A stretch of DNA of 64,000 bases from Hydrolagus affinis (lineage: Eukaryota): the NCBI GenBank assembly GCA_012026655.1, contig JAAILG010000726.1:1-64000 (forward strand), written 5' to 3'. Shown piece by piece: positions 1 through 11,745 of the stretch; positions within the stretch are counted from its first letter, which is position 1; the number at the start of each line of letters is the position of its first letter. The notes under the pieces are model-generated. The model ran no database searches and had not been told where the DNA came from. It saw only the letters and a list, made by a program, of their open reading frames with translations. The position numbers and the translations under genes are program-made.

Positions 1-584
1 TATATCCTGTACTTATTTATTCAGCGCGGTTCTCTCTGGGTAAAATGCTATGGTGGCCAATCTTAGCCATACTCAATATGGTTGCCTCCATGGTACACTG
101 CTCGTAGCAAAAATATGTCTCGCAAAACAATCTACAATGGTTCGTATGTGTATCACAACCCAAATGAAATGCATGGCTGCTTATGTTTGGAGAAAGCCAG
201 CACCTTTGCGATTCAGTAGCTTCTGTGAAATTGTGGGTCACCAGTTCCATATCTCTGCACTAGACAGTTTCTGACCACAGACCAGCCAGCTGGTACAATT
301 ATTCATACTACTGGGAATAATCTAGTCTACATATTTTCAATATAGGCCAGTAATTATACAGACAGGATATCCCCAGGCTTTGGGAAATGACGGGCAACCA
401 ATACCGCCAGTTTCACAGTCAGTCACCGATACGCTGAATGAAAGTATATACTTAAATGAGAATTGATTTTTACTGCCAAAATTTGTCATTGATTATTTGG
501 TGCAGGGATCTGTTGGGTTGCCTGACTATTTGTGCACAAATTCAGGATAAAATAATGACAAACTCCAAATCATTCAAACTCCAC

Positions 585-760
585 CACCCAAATTCTCATT
601 CGCTCTAAGCTCCATACCCCATGACTCCAGTCCTCACCAGGCTCCACTGGCTTCCTATATCAGATCGACCTCAACAACAACAAAACAACAAACAACCTCA
701 AGAGCCTCACACTCATCTACAAATCCCTACACTTCACAACAGTGCTTAGAGATGAGCTCA
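585..760 (+). mobile_element. Degraded L2 LINE ORF2 3' fragment
   Basis: actccagtcctcaccaggctccactggcttcct matches the L2 ORF2 C-terminal TPVL..LHWLP motif also seen at 5842-6390. Confidence 0.6.
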
Positions 761-1083
761 GAAACTTAGAAAGTATGTTTAGGGCTACAGTTTCCTCAAT
801 GACTAATGCTTTCGTCTGAGGTCTACCATCCAGTATGAATTTAAAAAACAATTGCTTTTTGGAATAGTTGGAGAAAAAAAGCCCCGAGCTGTTATTTAGG
901 CAGGAATTAAGTTTTAAGGCAGGGATCAAGAAGAGGAACATGCAATGTGTGTAGTTCCATTGCCAATACTTGATTTTTGCCATCAGCCGCAGCCTTGATT
1001 ATCTAGAGAAACATCAACTGGACAACAAGCAGTCAACGGCGTGAGGCTGTGTGATAACAGAAGAACTGGAATTAAATTTATCG

Positions 1084-1132
1084 CTACAGATAATTACTGG
1101 GATCTCTGATTTCCTTTCGATCATCCAAGTCT
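1084..1132 (-). CDS. Candidate terminal coding exon (DLDDRKEIRDPSNYL* if phase 2), host gene unknown
   Basis: Strong minus-strand polypyrimidine tract ttttctgctttttcctctctttgtgtttc, then the first AG (ccag) at 1134-1133; no homology recognised. Confidence 0.25.
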
Positions 1133-1878
1133 CTGGTATTTCCATTGAAACACAAAGAGAGGAAAAAGCAGAAAAAATTATTAATAATTTCATTGGGGCT
1201 CCAAAACGCGATCAATACATGAAGTGTGAAGCTTCAGTCTCTTAGCAGTGGATTCAAAAGTTTTCTTTACTACAAAAACATGAATTATGCACCATTTATG
1301 CACTGCAGCTGTATAACACAAGTCATTTGAAACTACTGTATTGGAAAACTATAGTTATATACGGGTATAGTAATAACCACAAATAATATAGCATTGTTGG
1401 TCTTATTAAAAACTTAACAATATCAATTCTTTTTTAGAACCGCAGCAAAAATTAGTATTTGAATTTTGTCTCATGAATTTGGGCACTTAAAAGAAAAGCA
1501 AAGATCAATTATTGTGGTTTAATGTTTCACAGCGATTGCTAATGAATACCTCCCTGCCAAGATTTAGAATATTCTTATGTCAACGTGTTAAAAACCTATC
1601 AGAACAATGCATGTTAATTGCACAGCACTTCAAATTAGCGAGTGTAGTACAGTAGTACATCATAACCTGTGGCAATGAGATACAGTAGCATCAGAACTGA
1701 ATTTACAGCATCATACAGTTACTGCTATCTTTGATTTATATCTGATTCTCCATTTTGCTGTTTTTCTTCTATAACATTTTTCCAAACTAAACACATTATG
1801 AAAATATGTACATAATGGAAATACCAGACAGATGAATAAGAAATACAATTGGGACGGTTGGGGAATAGTGGAACTTGG

Positions 1879-1950
1879 TTATGCTGCAGGGTGACAGGAA
1901 TGTAGGTCTGGCACACGAGAAGCTTTGTTTCGATTTTCAACTATTTCGCC
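1879..1950 (-). CDS. Candidate terminal coding exon (GEIVENRNKASRVPDLHSCHPAA* if phase 0)
   Basis: Acceptor ccttgtttcttcag at 1952-1951; only one frame stays open beyond a few codons; no homology recognised. Confidence 0.2.
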   Translation of the reverse strand, partial: GEIVENRNKASRVPDLHSCHPAA

Positions 1951-2264
1951 CTGAAGAAACAAGGTACAATCATCACTGAGAACTTCCATGTAATATTATG
2001 CTACTGGAAAGACGTTAGTCAGGCAACTGATCATGAAAACACCAGACAAAAGGAAGGTCCCAGCATATGTTCAGTCATGCCATTTTTAGCAAATCTAATG
2101 AGTAATCGTAAGACATCTTTCAGCGAGCAGCATTCACATGCTGTGCCGCTGAGCATTATAATTTGACTCCAACAGAACTTAGTGAGTTTGCAGTCTGCAA
2201 CAAACATATAACACCCTTCACGCAGGGCAGTGGGCTGGATAGTGGCAGACTCTGACAAAGAGCC

Positions 2265-2500
2265 AGGGGTTGAGGGAGGTTGGAGGTAACCGTAAACACG
2301 ATCAAAAGGAAAGGACTTTAAATGGGATTTGAAAGTGGGGATCGGGGTGGGGCTCAAGGCAGAGGGATTGAGGGAGAGCGTTCCAGAACTTCAGGCGTAA
2401 TGGCTGAAAACACAGCCGCCGGTGGTGGAGTGGGGGTGGGGGACAAACAGGCAGCCAAAGCCGGCCGAGCAGAGGCAACGGGTGGTGGAGTGGAGGGTAA
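2265..2500 (-). mobile_element. L2 LINE 3' fragment
   Basis: Minus translation includes FKSHLKSFPFDRVY, resembling the L2 ORF2 terminus (FKSxLKTxLF). Confidence 0.75.
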
Positions 2501-2556
2501 GCAAATCGGATAGTCTACTGTACAATCCAGAGAGTACATGGAGTACTCTCTGGATT

Positions 2557-2577
2557 GTGTGTGTGTGTGTGTGTGTG
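2557..2577. repeat. (TG)n microsatellite
   Basis: Directly visible. Confidence 0.9.
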
Positions 2578-3352
2578 GACATTACTTTTTTTCAGAAAAA
2601 TGTAAACCTTACTAAATTGCAAATATAACAAGAAGGGACAATTGTAGCAGAGTTTTCTGGATCTGCAATACATCGAGAAGGCAGGACTGGGTTTGACAGA
2701 CTTGTCTGTTTCAGTCACACCGCTGCAGGAAAACACCAAGCAAAGCATTACCACAAATTGCTTCTGGTTATAGACTTAGATTATCTTGTTAATATTTCAG
2801 AGTGTACAAATTTTAGAAAATTATTTTGGGATTCAGCCGCTTTTCCCTGCAAATGAAAAATATACAAAATAGATGAAGCAATACTGCAACATGCACAAAT
2901 GTCCTGAATTATTGGGTGGTATTATATAAATTTTCCTCATCATACATTGCTGTTTGTTTGTCGTGTTGCAGACAGCAGCTGACAAGGGAGTCATCCTACA
3001 TTTGAAAAAGTGCAGAAAAAGTATTCTCAACTATCTTAAAGGCTCAAGGATTTGTCAGCAAATAAAATAAAATTAAAAGTGGGTCATTCACATGCAGCTC
3101 CTGGAAGCTGGCAAAGAGGTCTATTTTGTAATTGATCTGTTCTCTGTAGTGACATGTAAAGAAATAATTTCCATCAAAGTGAGACATCATCTCAGATTTT
3201 CTATGAAACTGCTTCAGTTATGCTTACATTTTATTTTACCATGCAAATTTACTGAACATTGTGTGGGTACATTTCAGAGAAATGTTTATAGAATATGTAG
3301 ACTTTCACCCTAACAATGTTTATTCTCGAGTCTGATAAAGGATTCCACTTAC

Positions 3353-3420
3353 TGAGCTTCAAACTCTTGAACCAACAGCCACAGGGAGAACTGGATAAAA
3401 CGATCACTGGCTGCATTTCT
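3353..3420 (-). other. Candidate 68-nt exon
   Basis: ttttacaag|AGAAATG...GCTCA|gtaagt; two frames open; shares sequence with 4927-4961. Confidence 0.25.
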
Positions 3421-4409
3421 CTTGTAAAAACCTTTGCCCATAAAGGAGTTAGCGATATAAAATGGTATGTCTGGACATACAATCGACTGTAAAAGTTATT
3501 CTGATCAACATGAATCTGTGTGGTGTTGCACATGGTGATAAAAATATATATTTTTGTTGCTATCTGATTTCAATCTGAACCAAGAAAAGATATTTATCAG
3601 AGCTGCTGTGCCAGCTAGGTTTCCTATCATAGTTGTTTGTATGTGCATGTAGGTGAGCAGAGAGAAGAAGAGTACCTAGGTATGTGTTTTAATGGGTCAC
3701 AGGTCAAATGAATTCAGATCAATCCAATTTATACTGAAAATAAGACCCCAACACCAACACTCAGTGGCCATTTGGTGATCTCATTCCAAAACACTGTATA
3801 AATAGTGAATGGACAATAAAACATTACTGAAGTCTGAATACAGATGCAACAATGAGGGCCAGCTTTCTTCTGGGACTTTGTCATCCGTCCCCTCTGTCTG
3901 GATCTTTTGAATCCAAGCATAAAGGCCTCCTCTGGTATGTTAGTGCTCCGTCTGCCCCCAAAAGCTAGTGCAGCAACTTGTGGTTTCAGCTTAGCCGCCA
4001 AATAGATGGTTACCCTGAGAATCGAGAACTCTGAATGGTTATTAAGCCAACATGGAAACCGATATTCTGAGCTCGATATGCCTGCAAAGCAGAATTCTGT
4101 GGCTAATGTCAGAACAACTACATCCATTAATAGCACCCTGTTACAGCACTGTAGACGACATTGTCTAAATTAGTTTGCACTGTCTGTAGCTTGTACAGCA
4201 GCTTGTGCCTCAGTCACACTGGTCTGTGCAGCTTATTTATGTGACCAACATGCCAGAGGATTTAAGGGCACTTTTGACTGGCTTTTGCCTCTAGTTCTCC
4301 AGTGTCTCTGATTCTCTTTTTGGGTGAAATAGAATGGTTTACAAATCAGAAACCACAAGGTAGGCCACATGGATTGGACAATCAGAGGATCTTCAGATGT
4401 TCAGCTGTA

Positions 4410-4714
4410 GTTGCCTGCTCCAAGTCCCTCCATTGACCTGCCCCACCATCAGCAGGCGAGCTTCAGCCACTCTATCCCCAATCTTTGGAATTCCATCCTG
4501 GAATCCCTCCGCCTCACCCCACCCCTAGCCTCCAAGTCCCGACTCAAGACCCTCTTCTTCGACCGTGGCATCGGTCAAACCCCTTCCCCCACTTTCCCTC
4601 CAACCTCCCCAATCCTGACCCCAGCTCGGTTCCGAAACACGGACTGTCCAGCGCCTTGGGACTTCTGTCCGACATGAGAGGCATATACCATTGTCATTTT
4701 TGTTGTTGTTGTTG
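4410..4714 (+). mobile_element. L2 LINE 3' end, family B ((TTG)n tail)
   Basis: Translates as FSHSIPNLWNS...KSRLKTLFFDR; tail agcgccttgggac...(ttg)n. Confidence 0.85.
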
Positions 4715-4828
4715 TCTTACACTACTGTAAATTTATTTAATAATAAGATAAAATAATCTATTTGGTTCTGTTCAGATTTACTGCCACCTTTTCAAGACAG
4801 TTTCTCCATTTGCCTACTTCACTACTGA

Positions 4829-5145
4829 TAGGGTGTCCATATTTTGTAAACCTATTTTGTAAACCAAATCTGGAGACATGTAGACAAAAAATTGACCTCG
4901 CCACAATTGCTGAAGCTGGCAGTACTGGAGAAGCTAGTTGGATTACTGGCTGCATTTCTCTGATGAGTATATCTGTATCCATCTCCTCTTGACACAAAAG
5001 TTGCTGTCCAATTGTTATGTGTTTTTGTTTGTTGTTTCGAATGTTATTGTTCTTGCTCAGTTTGTGGTTGAATTCAGGATAGGACAAATTTGGCCAGGGA
5101 AACATCCAGGGACTGTCCCTGAAAATTGGAGACGTATGCTATAAA
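4829..5145. mobile_element. Possible degraded hAT (Tip100-like) MITE
   Basis: Left end tagggtgtccatatt and internal ggagaca/ctgtccc motifs; right TIR not intact. Confidence 0.3.
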
Positions 5146-5447
5146 TTGGGAATATAGATCACATTTCATTACAAAGCCAAGGAGCAGAAAGCTAATAATT
5201 AAAGAAATACGGAACCAACAATTCAGTAGGGTGTGCTATATAGACATTTATAAACAAGCATAGCACAAAACCCCTCAAATTTCCATTTCTGTGACTGAGT
5301 TATCAAAGAACAACAAGTTAACAAGAATATGAGCTTGTGTTATCATCTTATCATCTACTCAATGTGCTGTTCGCAAGATCAGTTCAGATTACATATTATA
5401 GATTACGAAGGTCCATTTGATTTTATAATTCTGCCTTTATATCTATA

Positions 5448-5747
5448 TCCTTGCATTTGACACAGCACTTTTCATGTCTTCTAGATGTCTCAGAGTTTCA
5501 ATGAATATACTGAAGAGGGAATTTACTGTACATTTGTGGGTGAAACAGGCAGCCAATTACGCCCAGCAGTGTCCCACAAACAGTCGTGGATTGAAGTGAC
5601 CAATTTTATCATCGTGATTTTTTTCTTGAAAGATTATTATCAGGCGTGTGGACTAAGGAAACCTGCCAAGGCTTTGCCCTGCTGGGAATCAAACCCAGGT
5701 CTCTCGTTTGCAAGGCGAGTGCTTTAGTCACTGAGCTCCAGGATTCC
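5448..5747 (-). mobile_element. tRNA-head SINE family A, full length
   Basis: Reverse complement has a tRNA-like head, Deu-like ctgtttgtgggacactgctg...aattggctgcc and an L2-like tail; matches the + strand copies. Confidence 0.9.
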
Positions 5748-5796
5748 TAAGAGTACTATACATCTTCAGTATATCTTCTGGGGATCTGAAACAATG

Positions 5797-6696
5797 ATAA
5801 TAATCCTTGCATTTGAATAACGCTTTGTCACGTGTTCGAGACAACAACAACAACTTTGATTTATATAGCGCCCTCCACGCCAGACAGCGTCTCAGAGCGC
5901 TTCACAATAGCGGATCCCGGGACTGAGCCAGGGGCGGTGGTAGAAATGTGACCAAAGGCGCGGTCAAAGAGAAAGGTCTTCAGCTGTGACCTGAAACTGG
6001 GAAGAGAGCGGGCGAGGCGAAGGGAGTGAGGAGGGGAGTTCCGAGCCTCAGGGCATAGTGGCTGAAGGCATGGCCACCAAGGGTGGAGCGGAGGATTTGG
6101 GGGACATGGAGGAGGCAGACCTGGTGGAACGAAGGCAGCGGTTGCTGGTTTGGGGAGAGAGGAGATCAGAGAGGTAGTGGGGTGCAGAGGAGTGGTGGGA
6201 TTTGAAAACAATGGTGAGGATCTTGAAGTCGATCCTCTCAGGGACAGGGAGCCAATGAAGTTTGGCAAGGACTGGGGTAATGGAGGAGTGAAGTTTGGTG
6301 CGTGTGAGTATGCAGGTGACAGAGTTTTGAATCAGCTGGATTTTGTGGATTGTGGTGGAGGGAAGACCTGAGAGGATGGCGTTGCAATAATCTATAAGTG
6401 CTTTACAGAATATTCTGTGAAGTGAATTGACTGTATATTTTGTGGGTGAAACGCGGCAGACAATTGCCACAAACAGTCATGGATTTAAATAATCAATTCA
6501 GTATTTTTTTTTGAAGGATTATTACCCCCAGAAAAGCAATCTGCCAATTGACTAACAACCAGGATCCTACTTACTGCTGGGTAAACAGAGGCATGTGGAG
6601 TAAGGAAACTTGCCCAACATTTTACCCTGCTGGGAATTGAACCCAGGTCTCTCGCTTGCGAGGTGAGTGCTCTGACCACTGAGCTACAGGACTCCA
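5797..6696 (-). mobile_element. SINE family A (long, CORE-containing form) interrupted by L2
   Basis: Tail at 5797-5841 and body/head at ~6391-6696 flank an L2 insertion. Confidence 0.85.
5842..6390 (-). mobile_element. L2 LINE 3' fragment, family A
   Basis: [59 protein letters not shown] and FRSQLKTFLFDRAF; (GTT)n tail. Confidence 0.93.
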
Positions 6697-6929
6697 AATC
6701 AACTGCTTTGGCAATATAGACCAGCTTCCTGTTTGTCTTTTATTACTGTCTCACATTCTTCTGACATGATGAATGATGAATCAACTAACACCCCTACATC
6801 TCTTTCAGCTTCCCCATTGTCAAAGTCTATCCAATCCATGGAGTAAATGCCTAATTTTACTTACTATACCCTATACCTAATATTTATTTGTACTGACCTA
6901 TTTATCTATATTGATCTTGCACAACATTG

Positions 6930-7140
6930 TTGAAAACAACAGAGCAGCTACTCATTTGGTGGCTCGCATCTTTAACTACACCCAAGCTTCCCTTGTCCCT
7001 CGCTGCCAGCTTTGCCAGGTTTCACTGTCTACTTCTCTCCCAGCAAATTGATTTCAAATTCCTCATTCTCATCTACAGACCCCTGCACACCCTCGCCCCT
7101 CTGTACCTTTCTGTGACTTTCCCCAGCCTTCCTCCCTGCC
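6930..7140 (+). mobile_element. Degraded L2 fragment
   Basis: QQIDFKFLILIYRPLHTLAPLYLS motif. Confidence 0.7.
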
Positions 7141-7508
7141 CACAACCTACACTCAGTCAACTAGGGCCTGCTGTGCATCAGTGCATCACAGTGGCAGGGT
7201 TTGAGGTACAACAAGGGAGAAGGGGTGTTTTTGCTACTGAAAAATGCTGTAAATGCCAACACTGACATGGTAATTACAACTAGCCTAAAATTCCAGCTCG
7301 ATGCTCCAGTTCTCCCTCACATAGAGTATGTAATTCACTTAAAGAGGAGGTTTCATTAGCAGTACCAATTTTTAAACATTGAGTTTTTTAAAGCAGCTAA
7401 CTTATTCAAGTCTTATGTGTTATGAGCAAATCATTTTAAGAAGGCAATTGCAATATTTCACTTTGCACAAGATACCAGATTATTCACTAACATGAACAAC
7501 AACAACAT

Positions 7509-7828
7509 GGAGCTCCTGTAGCTCAGTGGTTAGAGAACTCGCCTTACAAGGGTGAGACCTGTGATCGAATCCAGGCAGATCAGGACGAAACCTTGGGCAA
7601 GTTTCCTTACTCCACACGCCTAATAATAATCCCTCAAAAAAAAACACAATAATAAACATTGGTGATTTCAATCCATGACTGTTTGCGGGACACTGCATGT
7701 GCAATTGGCTGCCGCATTTCACCCACAAATATACAGTCAATTCACTTTACAGGAAATTCTGTGAAGCGTTTTGAGACATCGATAAGATGTGAAAAGTGCT
7801 TTATCAAATGCAAGGATTATTATTATTA
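7509..7828 (+). mobile_element. SINE family A, full length
   Basis: A box tagctcagtgg, B-box-like gatcgaatcc, ccttgggcaag, Deu segment, (ATT)n tail. Confidence 0.93.
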
Positions 7829-7829
7829 T

Positions 7830-7892
7830 AACAAATTACATTTGTATAGCGTCTTTCACTTCAGGAGGGCATCCCAAAGCGCTGGATAGTCA
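7830..7892 (-). mobile_element. L2 family B tail fragment, split by the SINE
   Basis: (aac)n at ~7496-7507 continues as acaaattacatttgtatagcg...gcgctggatagtca after the SINE. Confidence 0.75.
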
Positions 7893-8547
7893 GAGATCGT
7901 ATGAAGACTCTAAGTCTGCTCCAAACTCCAAGGGTTAAGACTTTCATTCCCTGCTCTTTCAGTTTTTGATATGTCTGAACACACCTAAGTGTTAACGTGT
8001 CTGTCATTGCTCTGCAACAGGTAAAACAAATCCAAGTATTTGTAGGAATAAACTTTCACCAAACAATTGCAAGAACAATAGTACAATTGTTTCCTCACCA
8101 TCCAATATTTCCTGCAAAACTTATTATGAAATAAAATGAATGGCCTTTTTTTAAAAAAAAGCTGTCTTTTTTCAACAGTGGTGTGGCACTTCTTGAGCAA
8201 CTATTGCATTCCACATGGAGTCTTTACAAAGCACTTTCTTGTGCAAAAAAAAACCCTTACAACACAACCCTGCACATTGAAGCTAAAATTATACATTAAG
8301 ATTCACATTTCTAAGACACTCTGTTACAGTGTCAAAACTCTAGCCATTTAACGTGATGCAATTATGACAGCACACTGAAGCAACAAAAGTTGTTAAAACA
8401 GCTGTCTGCACAACAATAGACAAATACAACACAAATATCTTTATAGAGATTTGGGTACAAATAAAACTTAATTGGATCGATTGGGAGATTCAGATCTAAA
8501 TTTATTTGATGACATCCCACACTTCCACCAATTATCTTTACTACATC

Positions 8548-8978
8548 AGGTGTGAGCCTGGCTCAGTTGATAGCAGTCTCACCTCTGAGTCAGAAGGTTG
8601 TGGGTTCAAGCCCCACGCCGGGAATTTAAACTCACAGTCCAGGCTGATACTTTAATGTGGTGCCTGGGGTGCGCTGCGCTGAATTGTTCGAGATGCATTC
8701 CTTTGGATGAGACAGTATACAAAGGTCCCGTCTGCCTGTTCAGGTGGACGTTTAAGAACCTACAACACTACTCAAAAAGAGATGGGAGTCTCTCTCAGTG
8801 TCCTGGTCAACAATCCTCCAGATAAAAAATGGTTGTTCACTTCTTGGCCGTTTGTAGGACATCGCTGTGTGCAAATTGTCTGTCTCTATGCTTATCCTTT
8901 TATACCATTCAAATACCGTGAAGCGCTTTGAGATGTCTTGACGCCAGGATAATGTACTATGTCTGATGCAAGGATTAT
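8548..8978 (+). mobile_element. SacSINE1-like DeuSINE
   Basis: ctctgagtcagaaggttgtgggttcaagcccc head; ttggatgagac...gtctgcctgttcaggtggacg Deu domain. Confidence 0.85.
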
Positions 8979-11584
8979 TCATCTGAGTACCTTAGCCAAC
9001 CGTGTAACTGAAGAGAGCCTGCAAATCGTTTTGAGTCCATGTGGGTGGGCAACATCACAGTCCATCTTTCTCAACAGAGTTACTGAACTGGTATTCTCAG
9101 GACTGAAATCGGCACACATTTTTGTCTGCCCACTGTCTATTTGGCTCAGTCAGCATTAAGTAGGTCTGTCCCCTTCCACGGCTTTACTATATTTACTGAA
9201 AAGCTCTTTACATGATACTGCCTTCTGTGGCTGCTGTGAAGTTATGATTGATATTTACTTGTGTTTACTTTAAGCTAAGTTCTAGAAATAATTGTACTTA
9301 ATTATTATTGATGTGCAATGCAACATTTTCATCTGTATTTCATTAACTGAATGCCACAGTGATGTGAAACTGTAATAACTGCAGGGGAATGAGGATGCCA
9401 ATGTAAAGCCATAGTAGGCTGATACCACCCTGGAGATACTTAAGCCTGCCTTACATCCAAGATTATTAGTGTAAGAGTAGACGTATTCAAATTAGGTCTA
9501 TCGGATACATTTCTGTCTGACAAGTACTTACTACTGCACTAAGCGATCCTTTTATAAAGAAAATAATTCTAATTGTTTTTAACACCATTGGAGTCTTTGC
9601 TGTATTATTTTAGCTTCAATGATAAATGGTGATAAAATATCATTATGGGAATTAACTGAGAGCATTTGCTGGGTGCAGTAGTGTAAAGGAACAGGGTTAA
9701 GATACAGCAGCTGTGATGACAAAGGAAGACAGAATCACTATGTTTCTGTTTAACTGCATCTACTCAGTTAGATCAGCCTTTCCACACAGTTAAGAGCAGT
9801 AATTCTCCCAGATGTCATTGGAGCTGTTTGACAGAAATATGAAAATACACTTAAATCCTAGCGAGTCGAACTAATGGGGGGAGATCCGGTCCAGTGAGCC
9901 AGAATTTCAGGCAATGTGTAATTACAATCCCAGTATGCTATTTGAATATTCTCTACAGGACCTCCAATATGGCAATGCTCCCCTACCTTAGCTCAACTCG
10001 ATTTGTCAACAATATTGTAAAGTTTTTATGATGAATATATCTGCCATTCATCTTTGTCACCATATTTTACAGGAAAAAAAAGCTGTCCATAAACAAAAAC
10101 AATCAGATCATTATGAATGATCCAACTTTCACAATTGAGCAATGTTTAAAAATGGTGTGAGTGGCTGGATCTAATCCCGTGTGTTTTTAGAACTGATCTG
10201 GGGTAAAACTCCCAGCAATTGTGAGTCTAAACATCCTTAAAACACTTTGCCCCACTGGCCTATACTTCTCATCAAAACATGCTGTTGGCAGAAGAAGAAA
10301 TAAGAATAGCTGGTACAAATACTGAAACATTTTCAAGTTGCACTTTGAAGTATTGAAGAAGGCTCAGATATTTTAAACATGAAGTTTAGAAAGTTCTCCA
10401 TGATTCATTTTAATGAGTTCTAAAGGCTAACAAATTAGACACTCAGGCTTTTTAACTCCCACACTTCTGCAGACTGAACTCAACCTCTCATCAAGGCTTT
10501 GTTCTTTGCAACTCCACAAAGTATTCACAATTAATTCATCATAAAACATGTGCACTGAAGTCAATCTGTATTTAATCTAAATCGTGTTTAACGTCAGCCT
10601 TCTATTTCACTCTTTCATTCTTTCCATTCCCACTTCTTCACCACACAGACTGTCACAAATCTTCCGAACTGTACTTCTTAGGGGCTGAGCTGTTTAATTC
10701 AGATATACAGTAACTGGGATGAAATTCCGATTTCCAATATGCACTCACCTTTAACATTATGTGTTTACAATGGAAAAAAAATCCCAATTAATCAAAGTTG
10801 GTAAATTGACACACTCGTTGGCAAGAGGATTTTTCCCCCCATATTGAATCTACAAAAACAACAACAAATTTACATTTGTGGAGCACCTTTCACATCGGGG
10901 GGACGTCCCAAGGCAAATCTATCTAAATTCCTGTAAAGATTATTTTACATTATCTCAGTACACTAAATATAAAGAAATGGTCTGGAGAAAAAGAATTGGT
11001 CTGGGCTGAGAGCTTTGCTGTTGTTAGATGATAGATGCTATGAACACCAGTTTTACTGTGCCGGTAAATAACCTTATATGAATAGCACCACTACCAGATG
11101 CTTCTAAACTTTTTCAATGCTTAAAACTATTTTAATTTCCACGAAGAATTATCATCTTTACTGTATATTGTGAAATACAGCAACTGCAGGACATCGAGTT
11201 TCGTTTAGTAAAATGCCGGTGGGCAAATGGAGAAAGATCAGGTGATGGAAGAAGAAAATTGCAAAAGATTTAAAAAAAGAAAACCGACAAGCTCCTCGTT
11301 AAAAGATTTGCTGGATTATTAATTTGAAGATAAATGCCTCAATGAAATCTGGTTGTTAATCGGGTGAGTAGGCTGGATAGTCCATTGGTCTAGGTCTGCC
11401 TACAATTGTGAGTTACCTAAGTTAGTTGTGAAAATACCAAAATAGTAGGACCAAGTCATTTGCTATTGTTTACTGCACACCAGTTCATGGCCACACAGTC
11501 AGTGATTTGGTTGCTGAAGGCAATATCTGTGCTGAGGAACAAATTAACTCCCCATGCATTCAGTAATTATTTTTTACTAGCTTT

Positions 11585-11745
11585 TTTTTTGCTCAGAAAG
11601 TTGTTGAGATGTGGAATGCCCTGCCAAGTAACTGGTAGAGGCAGAGACCATTGTGGGTTTCAAGAGGGAAGCAAATAGGTATTTGAAGAATCGAGATCTG
11701 AAAGAACATGGCGGGGGGAAATTTCTGTAAATTTCTATGATTTTA
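11585..11745 (+). mobile_element. CR1 LINE 3' fragment
   Basis: cagaaagttgttgagatgtggaatgccctgcc (VV..WNALP motif) and tttctatgatt tail. Confidence 0.7.

Noticed and set aside
2680-2722. SGVTETDKSVKPS loosely recalls a serotonin receptor 5-HT4 splice-variant tail
   Set aside because: Only a few residues recalled from memory, and no receptor exons are present in the window; not enough to name a gene.
7509-7580. tRNA-like sequences with A/B boxes (also at 12640, 19867, 34079, 59553)
   Set aside because: They are SINE heads continuous with SINE bodies; no intact cloverleaf as an independent gene.
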